In this document: positions 17,818-28,388 of the stretch, piece after piece
Layout: each line of letters opens with the position of its first letter
Position numbering within the stretch: position 1 is the first letter of the stretch
NCBI GenBank assembly: GCA_964202055.1
Contig: CAXNGS010000004.1
Span: forward strand, 67,071-131,070
Source: Bdellovibrionota bacterium
Lineage (GTDB): Bacteria > Bdellovibrionota > UBA2428
Length of the DNA: 64,000 nt
Direction: 5' to 3'
Position numbers and translations under genes: made by a program
The notes under the pieces: generated by a model
Told to the model about the DNA's origin: nothing
The model's input: only the letters and a program-made list of their open reading frames with translations
Databases searched by the model: none

Positions 17818-18996
17818 ATGGGCCTCTACATTCACGTGCCGTTTTGCGTTCACAAGTGCGGATATTGTGATTTCAATTCGTGGGCTGAAGAGCGTCCCGG
17901 GCCGCAGCAAGCTTGGTTTTCCAGCTTAACTAAACAGGTTCAGTTTTGGTCTCCAAAAATGAAAGACCATGCCTTTGAAACTGTTTTTTTTGGGGGCGGC
18001 ACTCCGTCGCTTTTATCCAACGAACTGATCACTCAAACCATGGTGCTGTTAAAAAAGCATTTTCAGTTTTCTAAAAATGTAGAGATCACTTGGGAAGTGA
18101 ACCCGGAAACCGTGAGTTTGGAGAAAATCGAGGCCTTTGCAAGCGCCGGAGTGAATCGCTTGTCGATGGGCGTGCAAAGTTTTCAGAATGTAAATTTAGA
18201 CCGGTTAGAGCGACGGGCCCGTCGCGAAGACAACTTGCGCGCCTTGCAAGTTATCGGCAAAAATTGGCCGGGTCGTTGGTCTCTTGATTTAATGTTTGGG
18301 CTGCCCAATCAAAGCCAACAAAGCTGGGCGGAAGAACTATCGACCGCATTGGAATTTAAGCCTCGCCACATTTCGGCCTATCAGTTGACCTTAACCACCG
18401 AGCGCTCGAAGAATTGGCAGCAGCCGGATGAGGATGAACTTCTTAAACAATTGCTATTTACTCAAAAAACTTTGGCAGCGGCAGGATTGCCGGCCTACGA
18501 AGTTTCTAATTTTGCGGCCCCAGAAGAAGAGTGCCGCCACAATTTAAAATATTGGGACCTTGAGGGCTTTTTAAGTTTGGGGCCAGGCGCGGCAGGCTTG
18601 ATTCCGGGTCGATGGTTGAATCCAGTCGCAGCAAGCGACCAAAGTCTTCGTTGGGGCTTTCATCAAAAGAACCCGGATTCCTTTGAAAAATGGAGCGCCG
18701 GGGCTGGTCAAGCCGAAGCTGAGCTGGGAACTTGGCTAAAGCCCCGTGATTGGCAAATGCATCTCGAGGAGCTCTTAATGATGGGACTTCGCCTTCAAAA
18801 AGGAGTCTCAGAAGCCAGAATTTCTCAGTTCTTAGGCCTTTTAGAGGGCCCAGAATTCATTAAAAAACAAGGATTTAGGGCGCTTAGCCCCGATGCCCTA
18901 CCGCTCTTAAACACCCATCTGGAAAAAATCTTTGGAAAACTAGATAATTTTCGACCCCCAAGCCTTGACTTAGAGCAGCTCGATCCCAAATTTTAA
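17818..18996 (+). CDS. hemW: Radical SAM heme chaperone HemW (HemN-like, oxygen-independent coproporphyrinogen oxidase family)
   Basis: LYIHVPFCVHKCGYCDFNS (CxxxCxxC radical SAM cluster), GGGTPS, and ~390 aa. Confidence 0.82.
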   Translation: MGLYIHVPFCVHKCGYCDFNSWAEERPGPQQAWFSSLTKQVQFWSPKMKDHAFETVFFGGGTPSLLSNELITQTMVLLKKHFQFSKNVEITWEVNPETVSLEKIEAFASAGVNRLSMGVQSFQNVNLDRLERRARREDNLRALQVIGKNWPGRWSLDLMFGLPNQSQQSWAEELSTALEFKPRHISAYQLTLTTERSKNWQQPDEDELLKQLLFTQKTLAAAGLPAYEVSNFAAPEEECRHNLKYWDLEGFLSLGPGAAGLIPGRWLNPVAASDQSLRWGFHQKNPDSFEKWSAGAGQAEAELGTWLKPRDWQMHLEELLMMGLRLQKGVSEARISQFLGLLEGPEFIKKQGFRALSPDALPLLNTHLEKIFGKLDNFRPPSLDLEQLDPKF

Positions 18997-18999
18997 GGG

Positions 19000-19593
19000 A
19001 TGACACAAGAAACAGCTGGCGAAGGAAACGCCAATGAAAACAAAGATTTAGGAAAAGAGCCTGAGACTGCTGCCCCAGAAGCCGTCGAACAGGTTGCGAC
19101 CCCTTCACCAGAGTCTCTGGTTGAGGAGTGGAAAAATCGCGCGGCTTATTTAGCGGCGGAAATGGATAACATGCGAAAGCGTTTTGTCCGTGATCGTGCC
19201 GACGTGATCAAGTCCGCCAACGAAGATTTATTGAAGGGCATTTTGCCGGTTTACGACAATTTGTTTTTAGCCTTGCGCTCGATTCGCGAAAGCACCGAAC
19301 GCAAAGAAGCTCGGGGCGATGCTGGGCCGGCTGAAAAACTTTTCGATAATTTGCTCAAGGGCGTTGAGATGACTTTTAATCACTTCGAGCAAACGTTGGA
19401 TCGTGTAGGCGTTAAAGCGGTCGATGCGCTTGGAAAAGAATTTGATCCGCAGATTCACGAAGCGGTTGGCCAATCATCAGATACTAATTTTGCAGAAAAC
19501 GCGGTGACTGCCGAATTGCAGCGTGGATTCGTTCTTCATGGACGATTGCTGCGCGCAGCTCGGGTCATTGTTAATAAAGTCACTCAGTCTTAA
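19000..19593 (+). CDS. grpE: Nucleotide exchange factor GrpE
   Basis: Acidic N-terminus, then [10 protein letters not shown]...[13 protein letters not shown]...FDPQIHEAV, which are typical GrpE blocks. Directly upstream of dnaK. Confidence 0.9.
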   Translation: MTQETAGEGNANENKDLGKEPETAAPEAVEQVATPSPESLVEEWKNRAAYLAAEMDNMRKRFVRDRADVIKSANEDLLKGILPVYDNLFLALRSIRESTERKEARGDAGPAEKLFDNLLKGVEMTFNHFEQTLDRVGVKAVDALGKEFDPQIHEAVGQSSDTNFAENAVTAELQRGFVLHGRLLRAARVIVNKVTQS

Positions 19594-19604
19594 GGAGATT
19601 GCAT

Positions 19605-21536
19605 ATGGGAAAAATTATCGGAATCGATCTAGGAACTACCAATTCATGCGTTGCCGTTTTAGAAGGCGGACAACCTAAAGTGATTCAAAACAGCGAAGGC
19701 GTTCGGACCACTCCGTCGGTTGTTGGTTTTAATGACCAGCAAGATCGTTTGGTTGGACAAATCGCTAAAAACCAAGCGGTTACTAATCCAGATCGCACAG
19801 TCTTTGCAGTTAAGCGCTTGATCGGAAATCGATTTGATTCTCCGCAAGTGACCAAGGCTCGCGCGGTGTTGCCGTACAAAGTTGTGCCCGCCGACAACGG
19901 CGATGCTTGGGTAGAAATTCGTGGCAAGCAATACAGCGCTCAAGAAGTGTCGGCTTTCATTTTGCAAAAAATGAAAAAAACCGCTGAAGATTATTTGGGC
20001 GAAACGGTTACCGACGCAGTGATCACGGTTCCAGCGTATTTCAACGATGCTCAACGACAAGCCACTAAAGACGCCGGTCGTATTGCGGGATTGAATGTTC
20101 AGCGAATCATCAACGAGCCGACAGCCGCAGCGTTGGCTTATGGCTTTGATAAAAAAGCTGATAAAAAAATTGCAGTTTTCGATTTGGGCGGCGGAACTTT
20201 CGACGTTTCGGTTCTTGAGTTGGGCGACGGCGTTTTCGAAGTTAAATCGACTAACGGCGACACTTATTTGGGCGGCGAAGACTTCGACCATCGCATTGTA
20301 GATTGGTTGGCGGATGAATTTTTAAAATCTGATGGCATCGATTTGCGCAAAGATAAATTTTCGTTGCAACGATTGAAGGCTGAAGCCGAAAAAGCCAAAC
20401 ACGTTTTGTCGGAATCGATGGAAGTCGATATCAATATTCCTTTCATCACGGCCGATGCTAACGGACCGAAGCATTTGAACTTGAAGTTGACCCGCGCAAA
20501 ATTCGAGCAAATCGTTGATGACTTGATTCAACGTTTGATCGCGCCTTGCGAAACTGCACTGAAGGATTCTGGATTAAAAGCTTCTGAATTAGACGAAGTG
20601 ATTTTGGTCGGCGGGATGACCCGTATGCCGAAAGTTCAGCAAAAAGTTAAAGACATCTTCGGCAAAGAGCCCAGCAAAGGCGTTAACCCCGATGAAGTGG
20701 TCGCGATCGGCGCTGCGATTCAGGGCGGCGTATTGCAAGGTGACGTAAAAGACGTCTTGTTGCTGGACGTGACTCCATTGTCTTTAGGCATCGAAACATT
20801 GGGCGGCGTTTTCACGAAATTGATCGAGAAAAACACCACGATCCCCAGCAAGAAGAGCCAAACTTTCTCGACCGCAACTGACAATCAACCCGCGGTTAGC
20901 ATTCACGTATTGCAAGGCGAGCGTGAGTTAGCCCAGTATAATAAGACTCTTGGTAAATTCGATTTGGTTGGAATTCCTCCGGCTCCTCGTGGAATGCCGC
21001 AAGTCGAAGTGACTTTTGACATCGACGCTAACGGCATCGTGCACGTGTCCGCTAAAGACTTGGGCACTGGCAAAGAGCACTCGATCAAAATCACGGCAAG
21101 CTCTGGCCTAAGCGAAGAAGAAATCAAGCGCATGGTCCGTGAGGCGGAAAGCAATGCGGAAGAAGACAAAAAGAAAACTGAAACTATCCACGCGCGAAAC
21201 GCCTTGGACAGCTTGGTTTATCAAACAGAAAAATCTTTGAAGGATTTGGGCGAGAAGGTCGACGCATCTTTGAAGAGCGAAGTCGAAGCGGAAATCAAAA
21301 CTGCGAAAGCGGCTTTGGAAAAAGCTGACCTCACGGAAATCAAGGCTTCGGAAGAGCGCTTGAGCCGTTTGACCACTAAGATTGCCGAGAAAGTTTACGC
21401 CCAGGCTCAACAGCAGCCCGGAGCCGGTGGACCAGAAGCGCAACAAGCCGATGGTTCGCAAGCTAACTCTGAGACCAAGGCTGATAAGAAAAAAGACGAC
21501 GACGACGTTGTGGACGCAGACTTTAAAGAAGTTTGA
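19605..21536 (+). CDS. dnaK: Chaperone DnaK (Hsp70)
   Basis: [28 protein letters not shown], and an EEVD-like acidic tail. ATG 19605 is preceded by AAGGAG; track start 19599 is a TTG two codons upstream. Confidence 0.97.
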   Translation: MGKIIGIDLGTTNSCVAVLEGGQPKVIQNSEGVRTTPSVVGFNDQQDRLVGQIAKNQAVTNPDRTVFAVKRLIGNRFDSPQVTKARAVLPYKVVPADNGDAWVEIRGKQYSAQEVSAFILQKMKKTAEDYLGETVTDAVITVPAYFNDAQRQATKDAGRIAGLNVQRIINEPTAAALAYGFDKKADKKIAVFDLGGGTFDVSVLELGDGVFEVKSTNGDTYLGGEDFDHRIVDWLADEFLKSDGIDLRKDKFSLQRLKAEAEKAKHVLSESMEVDINIPFITADANGPKHLNLKLTRAKFEQIVDDLIQRLIAPCETALKDSGLKASELDEVILVGGMTRMPKVQQKVKDIFGKEPSKGVNPDEVVAIGAAIQGGVLQGDVKDVLLLDVTPLSLGIETLGGVFTKLIEKNTTIPSKKSQTFSTATDNQPAVSIHVLQGERELAQYNKTLGKFDLVGIPPAPRGMPQVEVTFDIDANGIVHVSAKDLGTGKEHSIKITASSGLSEEEIKRMVREAESNAEEDKKKTETIHARNALDSLVYQTEKSLKDLGEKVDASLKSEVEAEIKTAKAALEKADLTEIKASEERLSRLTTKIAEKVYAQAQQQPGAGGPEAQQADGSQANSETKADKKKDDDDVVDADFKEV

Positions 21537-21556
21537 GGATAGTTTCTTAGGACTTT

Positions 21557-22696
21557 ATGGCTGGCAAACGTGATTATTATGAGGTCTTGGGTGTGGCTCG
21601 TTCTGCGACGGCAGAAGAGTTAAAAAAGGCCTATCGAAAGCTGGCCGTTCAGTTCCATCCGGATAAAAATCCGGGCGATAAAAGTGCCGAAGAAAAATTT
21701 AAGCAAATAGCCGAAGCTTATGAAGTGTTGTCAGACGACAACAAGCGCAAGGCTTATGATCAGTTTGGTCATGCGGCTAATCAGGCAAATCCCGGCGGTG
21801 GACCGGGCGCTGGTTTTGATTTTGCCCAAGGCTTTGGTGGCTTTGGCGACGTATTCGGAGATATTTTTTCAGAAGTTTTCGGCGCTGGTCGTGGTGGCGG
21901 AGGCGGTGGCGGACGAGGTTCGCGCAGCGCGCGCGGTTCCGATCTTCGCTACAATATGAAAATTAAATTCGAAGAAGCCGCGTTCGGCGTCGAAAAAATT
22001 ATCAATATCCCAAAAGAAATTCCCTGCAAAACTTGTTCGGGCACCGGGGCTAAGCCTGGGACTCATCCTGAAGTTTGCAAGCATTGCAGTGGCGCCGGAG
22101 AGATTCGCTTTCAACAAGGTTTTTTCACGCTCTCAAAAACTTGTCCTGAATGTGGAGGTGCTGGATCTCGCATTAAACAAAAATGTACCGATTGTAACGG
22201 CGGCGGACGAACCGCTGAAAACGTAAAAATTTCTGTCAAAATTCCGCCGGGAATCGATGCCGGACAAAAATTAAAACTACGCGGCGAAGGCGAGCCTGGT
22301 TTGCAGGGCGGCCCGACCGGCGATCTTTATGTTTATTTAGACGTAGAAGACCACCCCTTTTTCATTCGCGATGGCGACGACGTTCATTGCGAAGTTCCGA
22401 TTTCCTTCACCCAGGCGGCCCTAGGCGCTGAAATCGATGTGCCGACCTTAGAAGGCATCGTTAAGCTAAAGATTCCGGCCGGAACTCAGGGCCATAAAAA
22501 ATTTCGACTCAAAGCCAAGGGGATTTCTAACGTTGGTGGCCGAGGTCGTGGCGATCAATTTGTTACGGTCTTAGTTGAAGTGCCGACAAAGTTGACCGAC
22601 AAACAGCGTCAACTGCTTCAAGAATTCGATGCCACGGTTTCTAAAAATTATCCGGGCTCCGATAGTTTCATTCAACGAATGAAAGAATGGTTTTGA
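21557..22696 (+). CDS. dnaJ: Co-chaperone DnaJ
   Basis: J domain with HPDKNPG, a G/F-rich region, and four CxxCxGxG zinc-finger repeats. Confidence 0.96.
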   Translation: MAGKRDYYEVLGVARSATAEELKKAYRKLAVQFHPDKNPGDKSAEEKFKQIAEAYEVLSDDNKRKAYDQFGHAANQANPGGGPGAGFDFAQGFGGFGDVFGDIFSEVFGAGRGGGGGGGRGSRSARGSDLRYNMKIKFEEAAFGVEKIINIPKEIPCKTCSGTGAKPGTHPEVCKHCSGAGEIRFQQGFFTLSKTCPECGGAGSRIKQKCTDCNGGGRTAENVKISVKIPPGIDAGQKLKLRGEGEPGLQGGPTGDLYVYLDVEDHPFFIRDGDDVHCEVPISFTQAALGAEIDVPTLEGIVKLKIPAGTQGHKKFRLKAKGISNVGGRGRGDQFVTVLVEVPTKLTDKQRQLLQEFDATVSKNYPGSDSFIQRMKEWF

Positions 22697-22745
22697 TTCG
22701 CGCTTCGGTTGATAGCTAAGCCTTTGGGTTCTAGAACAGCGGGAT

Positions 22746-24824
22746 ATGTTTCCTCGCAAATTAATCATCCTTGCTAGTGTGTTTTCATTTAGTTTGTTGC
22801 AGTCATGTGCGACCTCTACTTCGATGCGTCGTGGAAACCGCGCTGATGTGGAAAAAATTGAAGCCGGTGAATTAAAATCTGCGGGCTCTGACACTGGAAG
22901 TTTGACCGCGGTCACCGTTCCACAGTTGATTGAAACTTTTCGAGACTTTCACGATCCCGCGCCGCTTGCGGAAATCTACAAAAGTGGCTTAAGCGCCTGG
23001 CAGGCCGGGGATCGTCGTAAAGCTTTGGCTTTATGGGAAAGATATTTAGCATCCAGCACCACGCCGCAATTTGCGGATTTAGTAGCCTTAAAATTTGCTG
23101 AAGAGGCTCAGGATCGTTTCGATGATCAAATGGCGATTGGTTACTGCAACCGAGTGATCGACATGAGTCCGGCTTCAAAAAATCGAGGACTGGCTTTGCA
23201 CCGTCGAGCGATTAGCGAACGTCGTTTGGGAAATATTGGAAAAGCCCTGGAGTCTTTGGCCCAAATTCGATTCACTGAAGTCGATGCTTTGAATTCACCC
23301 GAGATTTTCTTTTTCTGGGGTGATTTAGCGAGTGAAGCTGGCCGATGGCTTGAGGCGACTTTGGCTTATTCAAAAGTTTTTTATTTAGCCACCGACCCAC
23401 AACGTAAAGCTAGCTCTGAAAAGTTAGTGGCCGATCAAGTCGATCGTCGTTTGGGCGAGCCCGAGCTTAATTTTTTGCTTAAGGAATATCCCAACACATT
23501 TCCAAACCAAGCAGTGCGCTTGCGACTGGTCGCAATTTTTTTAGCGCGCGGCGATCGTTCGAGTGCTGAATCTTTACTGAATGAAATCTTAGGCACCGCT
23601 TCGCCCAACTCTGAAGCTTATCGAAGTGCTCAGTCTATGTTGTCGCGCTTTGAGTCTTTGGGAAATGTTTCCACATCTCGGATCGGGGTTTTGTTGCCGC
23701 TTTCGGGACGTTTGGAGTCCCTTGGTAAGGCTGTGGCTGATGGTTTGAAGTTAGCGCTTGAGGGAATGGATCCATCGCGAAAAATTGATTTGGTTTTTGG
23801 CGACACCGGTCCGACTTTGGAAACTGCCAAAGTTGCTTTTGAACGATTGCTTTTTGATGAACGAGTGTTGGCCGTTGTTGGACCCATCCAGGGCGACGCC
23901 GCTGAATACGTGGCCAGTAGGTGCACTGAGTTTGCGGTGCCGAATATTAGTTTGGGCGTTCGCTCGGGTTTAGTTGAAAAGGGTCCCTTTGTTTTCCGAT
24001 TGGCTTCGACTGCTCAAAAAGAAACCGCAGCACTGGTTCGCTACGCTAGCAAAAAATTAAAAGCTCAACGCTTTGCAATCATGTTTCCGCGGGATCAATT
24101 CGGCGAAATGTACGCCCAGGCTTTCTTCCAAGCGGTTGAAGAAGTGGGCGGCGAAGTCACCGCAGCCGAATCTTTTTTACCGAAGCAAACGGATTTCTTC
24201 ACTCAGATCGACAACATGACCGGCATTTCTTATTCTGACACTCGCAAAAAAGAATTGGAAGATATGGTGGCGGCCGAAAAAACTCGGCTTAATCATGATT
24301 TAAGTCGTCGTGAATTGAGTCGCGTCCAGTTGCCGCCGGTCATTGATTTTGATGTCTTGTTTATTCCTGATCGAGCAAAGACTGTTGGACAAATTGTACC
24401 GGCACTTCCCTATCGAAACATCACAGGTGTTACTTTGCTGGGACCATCGATGTGGAACAATCAAGACTTGATCCGTCGCGCGGGTCAGTATCTAAACGGG
24501 GCTTATTTTGTAGACTCGTTTGCTCCGGCTCGTGGCGCGCAAGTGACTCGCGATTTTTCTGAGCAGTATCAAATTAAATTTGGAAAAGTTCCCACTGCTA
24601 TGTCGGCGATCGGTCACGACTTGGGAATAAGCCTGCGAAAATTGTACGAGAGCAACGGTGTGCCCACCACTCGGGAAAGTTTTCGATCGCGCTTATCTAA
24701 TTTGGGCGAGCTTGATGGAGTCTTGGGGTTGATTCGTTGGGATTCTTCGCGCGACGCCTTGGCCGAGTTGCAAGTTTTTCAAATCAAACGCGGAGCCTTT
24801 GTTCACGAAGCCGCAATTCGATAA
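22746..24824 (+). CDS. Lipoprotein with N-terminal TPR-like repeats and a type-1 periplasmic-binding domain (LpoA-like, tentative)
   Basis: Lipobox-like SLLQSC. Helical repeat region. C-terminal IGVLLPLSGRLESLGKAV...VVGPIQG typical of Leu/Ile/Val-binding-type PBPs, as in PBP activator LpoA. Confidence 0.5.
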   Translation: MFPRKLIILASVFSFSLLQSCATSTSMRRGNRADVEKIEAGELKSAGSDTGSLTAVTVPQLIETFRDFHDPAPLAEIYKSGLSAWQAGDRRKALALWERYLASSTTPQFADLVALKFAEEAQDRFDDQMAIGYCNRVIDMSPASKNRGLALHRRAISERRLGNIGKALESLAQIRFTEVDALNSPEIFFFWGDLASEAGRWLEATLAYSKVFYLATDPQRKASSEKLVADQVDRRLGEPELNFLLKEYPNTFPNQAVRLRLVAIFLARGDRSSAESLLNEILGTASPNSEAYRSAQSMLSRFESLGNVSTSRIGVLLPLSGRLESLGKAVADGLKLALEGMDPSRKIDLVFGDTGPTLETAKVAFERLLFDERVLAVVGPIQGDAAEYVASRCTEFAVPNISLGVRSGLVEKGPFVFRLASTAQKETAALVRYASKKLKAQRFAIMFPRDQFGEMYAQAFFQAVEEVGGEVTAAESFLPKQTDFFTQIDNMTGISYSDTRKKELEDMVAAEKTRLNHDLSRRELSRVQLPPVIDFDVLFIPDRAKTVGQIVPALPYRNITGVTLLGPSMWNNQDLIRRAGQYLNGAYFVDSFAPARGAQVTRDFSEQYQIKFGKVPTAMSAIGHDLGISLRKLYESNGVPTTRESFRSRLSNLGELDGVLGLIRWDSSRDALAELQVFQIKRGAFVHEAAIR

Positions 24825-24965
24825 AATACGTTCGTAAAGTTCTATTAAGTGTGGATGCGACCTTAAACTGGCGTTTTTTCTGCAAAAATGACTTCACTGC
24901 ATAAATACAAGTGGCTGTAATTAAGGCGTATTAATCACTGCGCAAAGTCTGGGCCTAGGGTCAAA

Positions 24966-27518
24966 TTGCCGACAGCGTTTTTCTTAAAGGAAATCAATGC
25001 ACTCGTCGAACAGTATCAAAGCAGGGGGGGAGCCAACGTGGCACCAAAAGAAATGGACGATATAGTGATTCCTGAAAGTCTTCCGATGTTACCCGTACGG
25101 GATGTGGTGGTATTTCCTTTTATGATCCTTCCACTTTTTGTGGGTAGAGATTCTTCGATTAGGGCGGTCAACGAAGCGTTGGCGCGTGATCGACTGATTT
25201 TTCTGAGCAGTCAGAAACAAATCAGCGATGACAATCCTGGTCCCGACGAAATCTACACGACGGGAACGGTAGCGATGATCATGCGGATGCGCAAGCTTCC
25301 CGACGGTCGAGTTAAGATTCTCGCACAAGGCATTGCCAAAGCGCGAATCAAAAATTTCGATCAGACCAATCCTTTCTATCGTGTGAACGTAGAAAAGATG
25401 TCGGATCAAGTCCGCACCGAGCGCAGTCCCGAAGATGATGCGTTGATGACGAGCGTGAAAGAACAGCTCGAGCGGGTGATCCACCTGGGTAAAATGTTAT
25501 CCCCCGATATTTTGGTGGTGATTGAAGAAATCTCAGATCCCGGAAGATTGGCTGATTTAATCACCAGCAACTTGGGATTGAAAGTTAAAGAGGCCCAAGA
25601 CATTCTAGAAACGGTTGACGGCGCTGATCGTCTGCAAAAAGTTAAAGCCCTGCTCGCCAAAGAGTTGGAAGTTTTGACCGTGCAAGCGAAGACCAAAACT
25701 CAGACCGGAACCGCTGCCAATGATCCAGCAAAAAACCAACGCGAGCAATATCTGCGCGAGCAAATGCGCGCCATTAAGAGTGAGCTTGGTGAAATGGATC
25801 AAAAACAAGACGAAGCTAACGAGATCCGCGAGAAAATTGAAAACGCGGACATGAGCGACGAAGTTCGAACCGAAGCGATGAAGCAATTGGGTCGCTTGGA
25901 ACGAATGCACCCGGACGCTTCTGAAGCTTCGATCATCCGCACTTACTTGGATTGGATGATTGATTTGCCTTGGACTCGATCAAGCGAGGACAAATTAAAC
26001 CTTGGCGAAGCTAAAAAAATCCTCGACGAAGATCACTTCGACTTGGAAAAAGTCAAAGAACGTATTCTTGAATTCTTGGCTGTGCGTAAATTGAAAAACA
26101 CCAATCGTGGTCCGATCCTTTGTTTGTCGGGTCCTCCGGGCGTGGGTAAAACCTCACTTGGAAAATCGTTGGCTCGCGCTATGGGTCGCCAATTTGTTCG
26201 GATTTCACTGGGCGGCGTTCATGACGAAGCAGAAATCCGCGGTCACCGTCGAACTTACGTCGGCGCAATGCCGGGTCGATTGATTCAAGCTTTGAAACAA
26301 GCGGGAACCAATAACCCAGTCATCATGCTCGACGAAATCGACAAGCTTGGCCAAGACTACAAAGGCGATCCTTCAAGCGCATTGCTTGAAGTTTTGGATC
26401 CAGAACAAAACTGGAGCTTCCGTGATCACTACTTGAACTTGGCATTTGATTTGTCGAAGGTCATGTTTGTGGCGACTTCGAACGTGTTGGAAAATATTCC
26501 AGCGCCACTTCGCGATCGTATGGAAGTGATTCAATTGGCGGGTTACAGCGAAGAAGACAAAGTTCGCATCGCTCGACAATATGTGATTCATAAACAAGTC
26601 GAAGAAAACGGCGTCACTGCCGAGCAAGTGCAATTCACGGATTTGGCTCTGTCGAAAATCGTGAATCAGTACACTCGTGAAGCCGGTCTTCGAAACATGG
26701 AACGACTCATTGGAACTTGCGCACGCAAAGTCGCCAAAGAAGTCGCAACTTGGGATGGCGCTGCCGCTTTCCCGGTGGTGACGGTTGACGAAGCGCTGGT
26801 CGAAAAATTCCTTGGGCCCCCGAAATTCTTGAGAGAAGATCTGCGCCGCGAACACGAAGTAGGTTGTGTGACCGGTTTGGCTTGGACTCAATTCGGTGGC
26901 GAGGTTTTGGAAGTCGAAGTCACCGCTATGAAAGGTAAGAGTGGAATCATTCTAACCGGTTCATTGGGCGATGTGATGAAAGAATCCTGCCACGCGGCTC
27001 TGTCTTGGATCCGCGCAAATTCGAAGTCTTTGGGAATCGCGGAAGATTACTTCGCTAAAAATGAAGTGCACGTGCACTTTCCTTCGGGCGCGGTGCCGAA
27101 AGATGGACCGAGCGCGGGAATCACGATCACCACTGCGGTGGTGAGCTTGATCACTGGCAACCCGGTTCGAAAAGACGTCGCGATGACCGGAGAGATCAGC
27201 ATTCTTGGCAAGGTTCTGCCAATCGGTGGAATTAAAGAAAAATCACTGGCCGCCATGAGACATGGATGCGTCAAGGTGATCATGCCTTTCAAGAATGAAA
27301 AAGATCTGGTCGAAATCCCAGCGGAATACAAAGCTAAATTGGAATTCGTTCCCGTAAAACGAATCGAAGAAGTTTTGGAGCACGCGCTTTTGAATCCGAT
27401 CGGAAGTAGTAAAGTCACTCGCCGAAAGACCTTCACCACGGGTGGGTCTTCCGGGAGTGGTTCTAATAAAACTCCGGCGGCGGCTAAAGATAAGGGCGGC
27501 TTAGAAGAAGCGGCCTAA
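24966..27518 (+). CDS. lon: ATP-dependent Lon protease
   Basis: LPVRDVVVFPFMILPLFVGR N-domain, Walker A GPPGVGKTS, catalytic DGPSAG. The real start is probably GTG 25038 (G-rich Shine-Dalgarno sequence 25024..25031) or ATG 25053. Confidence 0.93.
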   Translation: MPTAFFLKEINALVEQYQSRGGANVAPKEMDDIVIPESLPMLPVRDVVVFPFMILPLFVGRDSSIRAVNEALARDRLIFLSSQKQISDDNPGPDEIYTTGTVAMIMRMRKLPDGRVKILAQGIAKARIKNFDQTNPFYRVNVEKMSDQVRTERSPEDDALMTSVKEQLERVIHLGKMLSPDILVVIEEISDPGRLADLITSNLGLKVKEAQDILETVDGADRLQKVKALLAKELEVLTVQAKTKTQTGTAANDPAKNQREQYLREQMRAIKSELGEMDQKQDEANEIREKIENADMSDEVRTEAMKQLGRLERMHPDASEASIIRTYLDWMIDLPWTRSSEDKLNLGEAKKILDEDHFDLEKVKERILEFLAVRKLKNTNRGPILCLSGPPGVGKTSLGKSLARAMGRQFVRISLGGVHDEAEIRGHRRTYVGAMPGRLIQALKQAGTNNPVIMLDEIDKLGQDYKGDPSSALLEVLDPEQNWSFRDHYLNLAFDLSKVMFVATSNVLENIPAPLRDRMEVIQLAGYSEEDKVRIARQYVIHKQVEENGVTAEQVQFTDLALSKIVNQYTREAGLRNMERLIGTCARKVAKEVATWDGAAAFPVVTVDEALVEKFLGPPKFLREDLRREHEVGCVTGLAWTQFGGEVLEVEVTAMKGKSGIILTGSLGDVMKESCHAALSWIRANSKSLGIAEDYFAKNEVHVHFPSGAVPKDGPSAGITITTAVVSLITGNPVRKDVAMTGEISILGKVLPIGGIKEKSLAAMRHGCVKVIMPFKNEKDLVEIPAEYKAKLEFVPVKRIEEVLEHALLNPIGSSKVTRRKTFTTGGSSGSGSNKTPAAAKDKGGLEEAA

Positions 27519-27530
27519 GCGCCGGTTTTT

Positions 27531-28388
27531 TTGAGCCGAGCATTTATGAATAAAAGGTCGGTCCTCTTAATCCGCTGTTCGGATGAGGTCGGCCTGGTTC
27601 ATAAAATCACCGGAATTTTATTTCGTAAAAATTGCAACATTGTCTCGACCAGCGAATTCGTTGATCGAGACAAAAACGTTTTTTTTATGCGCACTGAATT
27701 CGAAGGTGCCGACCATCTAGCGGCCATCGAAAAAGAAGTTCTTGTCGAACTGCCCAAAAATTCTTGGATCCGAATTGGGCCTATTAAATCAAAAAAAATC
27801 ATTGTCTTTGCCACTAGAGAAACTCATTGTTTAGGCGATTTGTTGCTTAGAAATGAATACCGCGATTTAAACGCAGAAATTCAAGCGGTCGTTAGCCAGT
27901 ATCGCGACTTGGAATCATTGACTAAAAAATTCGGCGTGCCATTTTTTCACGCGCCGGTGCCGAATGACGGCGATCGAATGGCTCATGAAGCCGCGCTTAA
28001 AAAAATTGTCGAAGGTTTCGACTGGGATTTTATTGTTTTGGCGAAATACATGAGGATTTTGTCAGAATCATTTACCAAAAATTTCGAAAACAAAATCATC
28101 AACATTCATCACTCTTTTTTACCAGCCTTTGTGGGGGCTCGGCCTTATGAACAAGCTTTCCAGCGTGGAGTGAAGATCATTGGTGCGACCGCTCATTTCG
28201 TGAATCAAAATTTAGACGAAGGTCCGATCGTGACTCAGGCAGTGATTCCGGTCGATCATTCCTATTCGCCCGTGGACATGGCTCAAGCCGGTCGCGATGT
28301 TGAGCGCGGTGTTTTATCAAAGGCCTTAAAACTTATTTTTGAAGACCGAGTGATCGTCGATTCCAATCGCTCAATCGTCTTTGAGTAA
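27531..28388 (+). CDS. purU: Formyltetrahydrofolate deformylase
   Basis: N-terminal ACT-like domain plus a formyltransferase core NIHHSFLPAFVGARPY...GATAHFV. ATG 27546 is the more likely start. Confidence 0.85.
   Translation: MSRAFMNKRSVLLIRCSDEVGLVHKITGILFRKNCNIVSTSEFVDRDKNVFFMRTEFEGADHLAAIEKEVLVELPKNSWIRIGPIKSKKIIVFATRETHCLGDLLLRNEYRDLNAEIQAVVSQYRDLESLTKKFGVPFFHAPVPNDGDRMAHEAALKKIVEGFDWDFIVLAKYMRILSESFTKNFENKIINIHHSFLPAFVGARPYEQAFQRGVKIIGATAHFVNQNLDEGPIVTQAVIPVDHSYSPVDMAQAGRDVERGVLSKALKLIFEDRVIVDSNRSIVFE

Noticed and set aside
19659-20291. A 210-aa ORF lies antisense inside dnaK, with smaller ones at 19685..19927 and 20903..21461.
   Set aside because: Long antisense ORFs within dnaK are a known by-product of its codon composition. 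I see no motif or start signal, and it is fully contained in a highly conserved gene.
26373-26891. A 172-aa ORF lies antisense inside lon. A similar 159-aa ORF at 10453..10932 lies inside the M16 peptidase gene.
   Set aside because: There is no recognisable domain or ribosome-binding site, and each is embedded in a well-supported gene on the other strand.
27511-27532. CGGC-ctaagc-GCCG followed by a T7 run after lon could be an intrinsic terminator.
   Set aside because: The stem is only 4 bp, and the T-run overlaps the possible purU start region. This is too weak to call.
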